A DNA stretch of 64,000 nucleotides from positions 62,001 through 126,000 of the forward strand of contig NIVC01001284.1 in assembly GCA_002269645.1 (NCBI GenBank). The letters run 5' to 3'. The number at the start of each line of letters is the position of its first letter. The first letter of the stretch is position 1. Both the position numbers and the translations under genes were made by a program. This DNA comes from Macrostomum lignano (Eukaryota). Below, piece by piece: positions 1 to 11,650 of the stretch. The notes beneath the pieces were generated by a model. The model had not been told where the DNA came from. It was given only the letters and a program-made list of their open reading frames with translations, and ran no database searches.

Positions 1-597
1 CTTTATCTTGCTGACTCTCTGAAGTTGCGGACTGGTATTTTTCTTTTGACATTGAATTACTCAGTTATAGGAGTTCCAAAAGCGACACGAAACTTCTGGC
101 TATGTAAGGCAAACTTTCGAACATAGCCCGTACGTATTCTTTATCATACAAGACTTGAGGGTTTTTAGATTTTAGGCCATATGAACATGCACATATTCCG
201 TGCTTCTTAGAGGTCAAGCTGTCTCCCTTTTTGTCTGTACTTTTATCTCCCACCGTAGCTACTGGCGCCGAATCTTCTGAGTCGGAAGACTTCAAACTTG
301 GGAAACAATATTATTCGAGCAGATGAGATAGCAAAACATTGAGTCATGTACAGACTGAATCGAGTGGCACCGGACTTCGTACAGCCATGCTTATCTAATA
401 CACAAACTTTGCATATGAGATAGAAATAATTAGACTCGCATATATTAATTATTAATTATTAGGAGCTGCTTCGGGCCTGGGGGCACCAATTAAAAATCAT
501 AAACAGTTTGAAATTCACATTTTATTATATACATGTGCATGGATCAAGAAACACGTAAGCTTATAGAAATGGGAAAACTTGTCTGGAAAACTTGTCG

Positions 598-3500
598 TTA
601 AACCACTGCCTCAATCGGGCTGTGTCCAGTTGCAGAGCAAACTTCGGTTTCTGCTGTTCTCAACGGAGTCATCTCAGCCTCATCACCAACAGGCTTGTCC
701 AAGCCGTCAGCTTCATCGTTTCGAGCATCATCGTTTTCATCATCATTGTTTTCTTCATCACCCTGAGCGCTGCTCGGTCGTCCCGGGCACTTTGTCTTGA
801 CAAATGTCGTTGCCTTCGCGTAGAACATCTCAACGAATTCACAGAGCGTCAGTACACTGCAGCCCAGGTACAGGCCCATTAAGCCGCCAATGTCGGACAA
901 GTACGACGTGCCTGAATATGAGGCAGTCATGAGGACTCGAGCTGCTTGCGGGTTGTCGGCTCGGATGCTGACTTCAAGCATCGACTCGGCGATGAAGTGG
1001 CGCAGTGCCGCCTCCGAATGCGTTGAGTGCTGGCCTGCGATTTTTAATGGAGAATTTGCGTATGTTTCTGGCACTGTCAAAGCTCATGACACAGTAATTT
1101 CGTAAAGCCTACATGCACATTCTGGTTCAAATTACCGAAAACTCGACATTGAAGTACAATAATATTTAACAAGAATTTATACGCCACCGTTATATGAGAT
1201 CGCCTACTAACGAGTAGTGAGGAAAGAATTTAACGCAATTCCTATTACAGTGTATATCAATTCACCGATAGTTCAATTTGACTTCAAGTCTGTCTGCACA
1301 GACGATTCTTAATGACTCAGAACCCCTTCCTGACCAGATAGAGACTAATGGATTGTCAAAATGTCTGAAACGCTATTCAGCAATTTTTTTCTTTGATTGC
1401 TAGACATTTCTTAACTAGAATTTTAGGGGCATGAGAAAGTCACAGGATATGAAAAACCCTGTGGGACTGCCTCGTTTAGAAACCCGACGTCAGGGATTTC
1501 AGCCGAAGTTTCTATCATCTATCGACATCGACTGAAGTTTCTGACATCTATCGACATCACCAGGCAATTAGGTAATGTTACATACTTTTCAACGGCTTCC
1601 AATGACGTCAAGTATGTCGAGTAAGTCGGCGGACATCGGAATGTTGGCGGGCGAGTAATAATAATTAATAATAACTGAAAATACATGCCCAATTGGGCCT
1701 GATGTGCCACCGACAGCTCAGCCCCAGCTATTGCGCGGCGCATCTGAAGGCTGCGTACGGCTGTTCAGTTCAAGGACTAGGGGGTCGCCACACACTCCCT
1801 CAATTACCCCAGCTAATGCTGCACATATTTTACAGCTGCATGAGCTGAAGCAATGCAGAGTTAAGTTTTTTGCTCAAGGACACAAATTGTTCCGAGTGGG
1901 TCGAGAATCGAACCACCGACCTGACAGACGGGCGAATACAAGCATTGATGTGTCTGTGTGCTTTTGTGTACTTTGTTTGTTCACTGTAATACAATTACAT
2001 AATACTAATTAGGCACTAAGCGTCACATATACATGTATTGAAAAACTTACCTGCGTCCAACTGCTTGGCAATTGTGGCTAGCTGGTGAATTGCGGGTTGC
2101 TCATTCGGGTCCGTCTGTTGAAAAGCGGCCGAATAAGATCCGCCAATAGAGGGCCAATTATGAAACGAAAACGATGAAACATACTTTTGCTGCACGCAAG
2201 CCTGTTGGCTATTGCAAAATTTCACTGGATTAGCCGATTCATCGGCTTTGGTTAAGTCCATCCCGTATTCGATGGTGCTCCGGTTAATCTTGCTGTTCTC
2301 TGACAGGTTACCCCATCTTGGACTACCTCGAAGATCCCAACTAACGGGGAAACCTTGCTGAATGTAACCGCCGATCTTGTGCAGTTCTCGAGCAAACTCT
2401 GTGTAATAGCACGCATCGTAGCTATAGTTGTATTCAACTTTCTTGCCAGTAAAGTGGTCAGCAAAGTAGGCAGTTTTCTGCTGCGGCGAGCAATGCGTGT
2501 CCCACAACTCGGGGCTGAACTTGTGCTCCTCCATGTGAATGTCGATGTCGTAGGATTTACCCGGCGCCAGTAGAAACTTGCTCTCGTGCTCCAGCGATGG
2601 ATAGACTCCGGCAGGTACCACCAGCATTGTGTATCCAGATGCCATCGTCTTAACTATACCAGATGGGTACCACATTCTAAATGGTATCGTCTCGTTGGTC
2701 TTCGGATTGAAGATCGGATTGATTAGCTCCCCGGCATATTTGAAGTCGCGAAATGGCGGATCCGTGAATAAAGCCAGTCGAAGTGTCTCCTGATTTTGTC
2801 TGCGAATTAGCACCCTTTTGTCTTCGTCACTTAGAGCGACTTTGAAGCAGATTCTGCCCTTTGGAAGGAACACTGTTTCATAGTTGATCTTGCCGTGGTA
2901 TGAAATCATTGGCGGGTAAAACAAAGACTGCTTTGGCCGATGAAAGATGTAGTCGTGCAATATATGAACTGACAGGGATTGCTGAATTGACCAAACCTTT
3001 GTTTTAGACGACTCATCGAGACCGCTTGTTGCCAACTGTTCATCATAAAGCTTGCTCAGCTTGGCCACTTCTCGATTTACCACGTCGGCCTGACTTTGAT
3101 TTAGTGTAAACGGAAAACTACCAGAATAAGCGTTCTTTGGGCAGAAGTAAAGATCTGGGAACACGAAGGGCACCTTGTCCATTTGGTACGTTCTCACTAC
3201 TTGTACAGTTCGAACCTTAGTTGTCAAATTGGTTACGACTTGGATGAACATTCCGACAGAAACTAAAACCATAAGAATCCAGTACACTTTCATCGGGATG
3301 CTCTTTGCTTCTGCAGCTCTTCGTATTCCTTGAAATGCGCTGCATGCCACAGTGTTAAGCACAGGATTTGCAGCTGGACCTGCCTGACCACCGCCTGCTG
3401 CTGGAGGTTTCGCGCCGTCACCACCTCCTGCCAAACCACCCAGTTGTCCGAATGGTGAACCACCCCCTTGTCCACCGCCTTGTCCACCGCCTTGTCCTCC

Positions 3501-4520
3501 GCCAAGCTGTCCAAGCAGTGACCCACCAAGTTGACTAGCCAGCGATCCTCCTTGTCCTCCGCCTTGTCCTCCGCTGAGCTGTCCAAGCAGTGACCCACCA
3601 AGTTGACCAGCCAGCGATCCTCCTTGTCCTCCGCCTTGTCCTCCGCCAAGTTGTCCAAGAAGTGACCCGCCAATTTTTCCAGCCAGCGATCCTGCGTGTC
3701 CACTGCCTTGTCCTCCTTGTCCTCCGCCTTGTCTTCCGCCAAGCTGTCCAAGAAGTGACCCGCCAAGTTGACCAGCCAGCGATCCTCCTTGTCCTCCGCC
3801 TTGTCCTCCGCTGAACTGTTCAAGAAGTGACCCGCCAATTTTTCCAGCCAGCGATCCTTCGTGTCCACTGCCTTGTCGGCCTTGTCCTCCGCCAAGCTGT
3901 CCAAGCAGTGACCCACCAAGTTGACCAGCCAGCGATCCTCCTTGTCCTCCGCCTTGTCTTCCGCCTTGTCCTCCGCTGTGCTGTCCAAGCAGTGACCCAC
4001 CAAGTTGACCAGCGATAGCACTTCCGGTGCTGTCTCCTTGCTCTCCAACTTGCTTTATTAACGATCCACCAAGTTGCCCAGCAAGCTTTGAGCCGGCTTT
4101 CTTTTTTTTGCCCAATTTTTTACCTAATGAACCTCCAAGCTGAGCAGCCAACGAACTGCCTTGTGGTCTTTGTTGAACATCGAGATGACCAAGCGGCAAG
4201 CTTCCACACTGATCTACCAGCGAACCAACTTGTTGTACTTCCTGATTATGTGCCTCACCAATGGGGGAGCTTTGTAGCTGGCCCAACAACGACCCAACCT
4301 GATCTCCACTGCTCTCAAGCTGACCCACTGGACTTGCAGGATTTGGAACCTCGGTTTGATAGCTTCTCGTTCCTCCTGGTTGTTCAGCGCTTGACTGCTC
4401 ATTCACCATCTGTGCCAGCTGGCCAGTGAGAAATTTTCTGACACCCGACGAGATACGCTTGCCGCGACTCCGCTTCGCTGACGCAGGCGATGTGGAGCCC
4501 GCCTGTTGCTTGCGCTCCAT
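598..4520 (-). CDS. DEG/ENaC (ASIC/degenerin family) channel, ~981 aa; exons 4520-2051 and 1073-598
   Basis: TM1 (YWILMVLVSVGMFIQVV) is followed by FPDLYFCPKN (cf. FPAVTICN). TM2 is YLSDIGGLMGLYLGCSVLTL (cf. GDIGGQMGLFIGAS). Donor CAG|GTAAG after 2051 and acceptor TTTGACAG| before 1073 are both phase 1. The joined CDS is 2946 nt, divisible by 3. Confidence 0.88.
1690..1945 (-). mobile_element. tRNA-derived SINE-like element in the DEG/ENaC intron
   Basis: The minus strand has a B-box-like GGTTCGATTC followed by TGTGTCCTTGAGCAAAAAACTTAAC, resembling the conserved central domain of CORE-type and related SINEs. There is no full tRNA cloverleaf. Confidence 0.5.
3440..4170 (-). repeat. Coding repeat: ~9 units of GSLAGQLGGSLLGQLGG with GGQG linkers in the channel N-terminus
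   Basis: Visible in the translation of 2016..4520 and as tandem DNA repeats at 3480-4010. Confidence 0.9.
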
Positions 4521-5160
4521 GTTGAAGTCTTGTAGACTAAAAGAAATTTAGGAACTTTCTGGCGCTAGGAACTACAAATCAGATCGGTTAGATTGGGATC
4601 TCTTCGAGTGGATCTTGAGTTTGGCATATGAGAGCAACAATTTAAATGCTTAATGCTACCATAATCTGCCACTGTCCTGGACACATACTAATGCACTAGC
4701 ACACTAAAGCTTTCGTACACTTAAGCCATGATCGGCGCTGGGACAGTCCGGCATGCTGCGCGATTGTCTCTGCCAGCAGTTGTTAGAAGCCAATAGAAAA
4801 GTCGGCGCAGCAATGAGCCGCTTAAACCCATTGTAGCTACTCTGCTGACAGTGAAGACTATGTAGTTTGAAGAATTCTAAATGGAGCTCAACGGTGGTTG
4901 GGGAGGAAGCTAAGTGAGTAAGGGTGCTCTCCAAGCAGCTGTTGCATGGCTCGATTATAGCCTAGCCATGCGGTAAGTGATCAGAACCTGCTATTCTGTA
5001 CTGAGCTATTTTAAAGACAGGAAAAACTGCATTTCTACGAACCAATTTGTCAGTCTTTGAGCGGTTTGCCTCTGTTTGATTTGTCATTGTGAATTTGAAA
5101 GTTAGCCTTTAAATCCAATGATTATGGAATCGCTCCCAGGGTAGGCAACCCTTGAGAGAT

Positions 5161-6330
5161 AGGGAATGGATCTGAATGGTGGGGAATGGATCCGAGAGGG
5201 GGGAATGGATCTGAGAGGTAGGGAATGGATCTGAGAGGTAGAGAATGGATCTGAAAGGTGGGGAATGGATCTGAGAGGTAGGGAATGGATCTGAGAGGTA
5301 GGGAATGGATCTGAAAGGTGGGGAATGGATCTGAAAGGTGGGGAATGGATCCTAGAGGGTGGGAATGGATCTGAGAGGTAGGGAATGGATCTGAAAGGTG
5401 GATCTGAGAGGTAGGGAATGGATCTGAGAGGTGGATCTGAGAGGTAGGGAATGGATCCGAGAGGTGGGGAATGGATCTAAGAGGTAGGGAATGGATCTGA
5501 GAGGTGGATCTGAGAGGTAGGGAATGGATCTGAGAGGTAGGGAATGGATCTGAGAGGTGGGGAATGGATCTAAGAGGTAAGGAATGGATCTGAGAGGTGG
5601 ATCTGAGAGGTAGGGAATGGATCCGAGAGGTGGGGAATGGATCTAAGAGGTAGGGAATGGATCTGAGAGGTGGATCTGAGAGGTAGGGAATGGATCTGAG
5701 AGGTAGGGAATGGATCTGAGAGGTGGGGAATGGATCTAAGAGGTAAGGAATGGATCTGAGAGGTGGGGAATGGATCTAAGAGGTAGGGAATGGATCTGAG
5801 AGGTGGATCTGAGAGGTAGGGAATGGATCCGAGAGGTAGGGAATGGATCTGAGAGGTGGGGAATGGATCTTAGAGGTGGGGAATGGATCTAAGAGGTAGG
5901 GAATGGATCTGAGAGGTGGATCTGAGAGGTAGGGAATGGATCCGAGAGGTGGGGAATGGATCTAAGAGGTAGGGAATGGATCTGAGAGGTGGATCTGAGA
6001 GGTAGGGAATGGATCTGAGAGGTAGGGAATGGATCTGAGAGGTGGGGAATGGATCTAAGAGGTAGGGAATGGATCTGAGAGGTGGATCTGAGAGGTAGGG
6101 AATGGATCCGAGAGGTGGGGAATGGATCTAAGAGGTAGGGAATGGATCTGAGAGGTGGATCTGAGAGGTAGGGAATGGATCCGAGAGGTAGGGAATGGAT
6201 CCGAGGGGTGGGGAATGGATCCAAGGGGTGGGGAATGGATCCAAGGGGTGGGGAATGGATCCGAGAGGTGGGGAATGGATCCAAGAGGTGGGGAATGGAT
6301 CCGAGAGGTGGGATCTGATGGATCAGAGAG
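5161..6330 (+). repeat. G-rich minisatellite, 20-bp unit GGGAATGGATCTGAGAGGT(A/G) with 13-bp partial units
   Basis: Direct inspection. Confidence 0.95.
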
Positions 6331-6885
6331 GTGAGAAATGAATTGCAAATTTGATGGTTACATTGCCGTTAATTTGAAGATATAGTTATTTTTTAAAATA
6401 GCATAGCTTCTGGATCCTAAAATCCAAAAACGGACTGCCTAACCTTAGCCAAAAGATTCAAACAGTTTGCAGTCAAACGACAGTCAGTGCGGTCGGGCTT
6501 CCATTTTGATTACAAATTCGATGTACATTTTAGCATCCAGCTATGGACTATGTTTAACATAGAGCAAACCAAATGCAGTTTAGTCGTCCAAGAGTGATAA
6601 AAAAGGCTATCATTTGTTTTAATCTACGCCTGTTGGAGCGAAATGTACAAGTAAATTGCCTAAACTTGACTAAATGTACCTCAATAGCAAAGCTTTTATC
6701 AACCCTCTGTTGGGTGCATCGAACACAGCAAGAGCTTCAACACCCATCAATATAAATTGCTTGTTCAGTCAACAGAGATTTCTAATGATTAAAATCAAAT
6801 ACTTTGCTGCAATGTGGTTACACTCGTTTTTTGATTTTACGGAATGCGTTAAATTCAAAAGCCCGAAATTATAAGACGTTTTAAA

Positions 6886-9800
6886 ATGGCAGAAAAACTC
6901 TGTCCTACGGACTCAAAAACAACTGAGAAGAAGAAAGAGGAAAAAGAAGTTTTGAAGAATTTGAAACAAGAAATCCGAAGTATACGGTACAGCCACGATA
7001 GGGACTTATTCTGTGTTGCGGAAGCGAAGACTGCAGCCGTTGATGGTCAGTTTGAAGTGGTAAAGTTCTTGTTATCGCAGGTTGCTAATGAACAAGTTAG
7101 AGACCAGTGCTGCATGGAAATTGCCAGGCCTCTGGCAAGCGAAGGCGAGTTGGAAATGATGAAGTTCCTTCTGCAGAATATAATCGGACCGGACACAAAG
7201 AATCGTTGCTTCGTAAAGGCTGCCGAATCGGCGTCAACTGACGGTCAACTGCATGTTGTTGAGTTTCTGATAACGACAATTGATGATCCCATTGTGAGAC
7301 AGCTTTGCAGCGTCGAGGCTACGAAATGTGCAGCGGTCTCCGGTCAGTTGGAAGTTTCAGAGTTTCTAGTGCAGTCGATTGCTGACAAAAATATCCGAGA
7401 CAGGTGCTGCACGGAGGCTGCCAAATTCGCTGCAAGAGAAGGTCAGTTAGACGTGTTCCAATTTCTTTATAAAGCTGTTGAAAATCAACATCTGAGAAGC
7501 GAATTTCGTCGAGATTGTGCGGTCGCGGCTAGTTCTCGTCATCAGGAAAATGTCCTTGTCTTTCTTGGCCTCGAGCCCGACTGGCTCTTCCAATCTAGCA
7601 TAATCCTCAGCTTCATTGCTGCAATGGCCATTGAGGGCAGAAACTCTGTTCTGACTGTAACACTGTCTAAAATGCAGCCAGCTCAGATCGTACAGCTGCT
7701 CTGTCTCTCCATTTTTCAAAGCCATGTCGCACTAGCTCTCTCACTGGTTAATGACAAGCGATTCAGCAGACAACACGTCGATCTACCAGATAGTAGTGGA
7801 GCAACTGCTCTTATGCTGGCAGCTGATGCAGGTCATCATAAAGTCATTGAGAAACTGTTGAATCTCGGTGCGTCAGTGCGTGCTGAAGACAGCCAGGGTC
7901 GGACTGCTCTGTCACGAGCGTGTGAAGAAGGCCACGTGCGAGCTGCCAAGACTCTAGCAGACAGAGGGGCGGATGCAAGTCATCGAGACGGTCGGGGCCT
8001 GACGTGCGAGCAGCTGGCAGAACGGCACGGACACTCGCAGGTGCTGCGGCTGTTGAAGCCATCGAGTAGGACGTGAGTTTAAGATCCAATTTGTGCCAAG
8101 ACTTGAAAAAGGATACGTCTAATCAAGCGCCAAAATGGAGCTAAAAGTTAAGTCGTAAAACAAGCGACTGCAACTGAAAACTTAAGATTAAAAATACATT
8201 TGAGTTCTTCCCCTTTCTCCTCCAGAGGAGGAGTTGGCGTCGTCTCTACTTACTAATACTAAAAAGCTCAGGATCGTCAGTTGCAGCTAAATACACGAAC
8301 GAGTTTAACTAAAATATCATAAAGTGGCTAGACTGGGAAACAGCTAGTATAAACCATAGTCGAAGTGCAGATCATTTTTTGAGGATGACCAAAGACAAAC
8401 CGGTAAATGTTTGATGCAATTCTGTCCACTCGGGTGCGATCCTATGGGTGCTATTCTTCTAGATCCTTAGATCTTATCATAATAATCCCCCCAGAGGCCA
8501 AAGGAGGGACCTGGGTTGGAATGTCTCTGTGTTTTTACCGGTAAAGCATTCTAATGCCAGAGGCTTCGACCGATGTTTTCGACCTCTATCAACGTCGATT
8601 GCAATTGGAAAACTTTTATTACACCGAAATTCGTCGGTGTGATGTGAAAATTCCCATTTTCTAGCGACGTTCATCGACTTCGGATACACCGGGGACGTCG
8701 GCTGACGTCGGAATGTTGCGCAGGCTAGCCAATAATTCCAAAAAGTTATCGAACGCAATCGGTTTTGGTCTGGAGCAGTGATAAACGGGCTCCATTTCAG
8801 TGCTAACGTTGATATCTCTTTTTATTTTGAGCTGATAAAGGCAACATGAAAATTACTGATTTCGTGCATGATGCTTTATCCAATTTTATTTAGCCTCCGA
8901 GATCAACGTCTGAGTGAGGAGCTGCATCGGCTGCTGAGCAAGGCAGGATTCACCAGGAAAAGAGCGGAGTATCAGCAGGGAATGGCTAAATGGTTAGAAG
9001 CCGTAGCTCAAGTGCTGACACAGGATGGCAGGCGGATGACGGGCAGCTACGCAGAGGGCTGGGCGAACAGTCTGGTGCAAATGAACGGCAGGACAGCTGC
9101 TCACTCAGATATTGACTGGACGGTGCTGATTGCTACGCAAATATTTCATCTCGAAGGCGGCTGCGATGGAGTGTCAACATTTCAAGGCTGCAGAGATGCC
9201 ACCACCAAATTGCGAGTATTAAAGGGTCACGCGCAGGTGCCCGTGGGTTCCGGTGAGTCCAGGTTTACGGTACATGTACATTAGACGTATCGAAAACCGT
9301 TCCTGACGTCTACGACAAATATGTACTTTTACATTACATTACATTACATCGGATGAACGTTGGCGTATAGTAAAAGCACATATTCAATAATTCTCTATCA
9401 TAAACGTCGAAAGACGTCGGATTTCTGTTCAGACAGTGATCTCTTCATTGAAGTTTTTGGTGTTGACTGGCTCGAAAAAATTAAGTCTATATTTCGAAGG
9501 AATGAATCAAAGCCGGTTGTTTCATCATTTTCAATTTTAGGTAGCCAGCCATCAGTGGAAGCGAAGGCCTGCGGAATGCGCCCAGCCCAGGATCTGTGCC
9601 ACGCAATGCAGTGCTGCAGCAGCTATTGTGAGGATAGAGTTCGGAGGCTGCTGAACTACAGTGTTTATAACGTGCACCTGGTGAGGGCGACAAGACCGAA
9701 AATGGAAGATGAGCTCAGAGTGAGCTTCAGCTTCCATGAGAGAAGCATAATGAAGCGCTTATGTACAGTTCAGGGCCAGTTGTTTACGGCCATAAAGTTC

Positions 9801-10925
9801 ATATTTAAGTTGCACCTGCCAGTCATTAAAGACGCACCCGGGCTCAAAACCTACCACGCCAAGACACTGCTATTCTTTATGCTGGAGAAACACGGCGTGA
9901 AAAATGCGTCAACTTGGCAACCGGAGAATCTGATCGCTCTGTTGAAAGAGTCTCTCGAAATGATGCTGAACTTCATTGACTCAAGCAGCTCACCCGATGA
10001 GTGCATGCCGCACTTCTTCATGCAAGACGCACCGCTCTACTTCAAGAACGCTGGAATCGGCGGCGACTTCATCAACACGAAGGCGACGGTTCGAGATCGA
10101 CTGAGCGAGCTGAGAAGCGACATCGACGGAGTGGTTGAGCAGATGAGAGCACTTGTGAGACCTGTTAAATCAGAAAGTTTTTACTTCCATCCGTTCACGC
10201 TGCTGCCGCTCACGACGCCACCCAGTGTTTCTCAAATCCGATCTTGTAGATATGGAAAATTTGCAGACGCATACAGCGTGGTGCACCAGTGCATTAGAGA
10301 GCTGCAATCAGAATCCAGTGAAGCCTTGATGAAGCAGCTTAGTCTTTTAAATGAGCTTCAGTGGTGCAAGCACGCCTATCTGTGCATGACCGTCATGGCG
10401 CATTTGAAGTTTGGTGAATCTGAGGAGGCTGAGAGAGTCATCAAGGAGTTGCAGAGCAGTCAAGTTCAAGCTACATGTAAAATGGACTGGTTTTTGAGGT
10501 TCTGCCTTTCCTGCTGCAATCCTCCTCGATTTCCATTTCTTCCCGAGTTCACGCAGACTCTGTTCACAGCCAGACTGTCACAACCTCGCTCCTCCCACCA
10601 CCTGTACGTGAACTTCCGCTGCCTGAGCTGGAGTCTCCAAGCTGAGCTGCTCCGCAATCGCTCGCCTGCAATCGCATTCGATAATTGGAAGACAGAGTTG
10701 GAAGAAGACCCGGACTTGGAGGAGCTGCTCACTCTGGCTCACTACAGCGACTGCCGTGAGCACGTTGAGTTTTGTCTGCGACAGATGGAAACAGTGAAGG
10801 ATGAGAAGTTTACTATTCTAGAAAGTCAGGACGAAGAGAAGATCAACAAAGTCAAGGAAAAACTTAATGCGTTGGATTCCGAGGCGGCGACTGCTAGCAA
10901 ATGGACACAGACAGCTTGGTTATGA
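6886..10925 (+). CDS. Ankyrin-repeat + Mab-21/cGAS-like nucleotidyltransferase (cGLR) fusion, ~976 aa; exons 6886-8072, 8894-9252, 9541-10925
   Basis: The stop of the ankyrin ORF lies inside a consensus donor (AC|GTGAGT, phase 2) that matches acceptor TTTTATTTAG|C at 8894. Donor G|GTGAGT at 9252 and acceptor TTTTAG|GT at 9541 are phase 1. The joined CDS is 2931 nt = 977 codons. NTase motifs: GSYAEG, SDID, QDLCHA, RVSFSFHE, KTYHAKTLLF, MPHFF. Confidence 0.85.
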
Positions 10926-11519
10926 AAGCGGCAACAATACATGCACATCGCAAGTGCGTACTGAAAATGCAAAACCCGTTTGGACATGCAAACTTTTTCT
11001 TTGTCGACATTTTGAATGGTATAGCGGCTTTTTATTTTGTTAGCAATGTAGATCATCGGATCGTAATAACTCTGCTAATTTTAAACCGATCCGATTTTAG
11101 TTTGTGACGCCTTGCATGTACAATTGTACATGTACATGTATGTATATCGCTGCAATAAAAATTAACCATTAGTACAATAATTAAAGCTTCTAATATTACT
11201 GCGGCACTGTACTTCGTAATCGTAGTACATGTCTATGTACGTATGTACGAATCATCAATTGAATGTAATTAATAAACTGATTAGCATAATATTTTAGTTA
11301 CCCGATAAATCTGTCCCTAAGGTTTCAAAGACAATTTTGTAGTTTGTTGCTTTTTACATGTACTTGAATAAATTGGCTTGTAAACCTGCTTTATTGTATA
11401 TTAAATTAAAAAGTATGCACTTTAAATGTAGGAAATGCAGCAGAGCTAAATGTTACTTAGCTCTGAGCGCTAATCAACACTGCGCGTCAGTGCAGCCTTG
11501 CCAAGGAAGTACGACGTTT

Positions 11520-11650
11520 GCGTGCGGAAAATTTACTTGCCGAACTTTGCTTGCCGAGCTTTGCTTGCCGAATTTTGCTTGCGGAACTTTGATGTCTGCT
11601 TCCTAGAAGTTTGCAATCACAATTGCAAGGTTTTAACTTGCCGAATTATT
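11520..11650 (-). repeat. Short inverted copies of the 14/15-bp GCAAGCAAAGTTC(G/CT) repeat
   Basis: TTGCCGAACTTTGCTTGCCGAG... is the reverse complement of the 13.0-13.7 kb array unit. Confidence 0.8.

Noticed and set aside
65-295. 76-aa minus-strand ORF with a possible acceptor at 297
   Set aside because: It could be a terminal exon, but I found no motif and no linked upstream exon.
1895-1945. B-box suggesting a tRNA gene
   Set aside because: There is no complete cloverleaf, and it is followed by SINE-like body sequence.
9360-9540. N-terminal 60 aa of ORF 9360..10925
   Set aside because: It lies in the intron defined by the 9252 donor and 9541 acceptor, so it is not part of the model.
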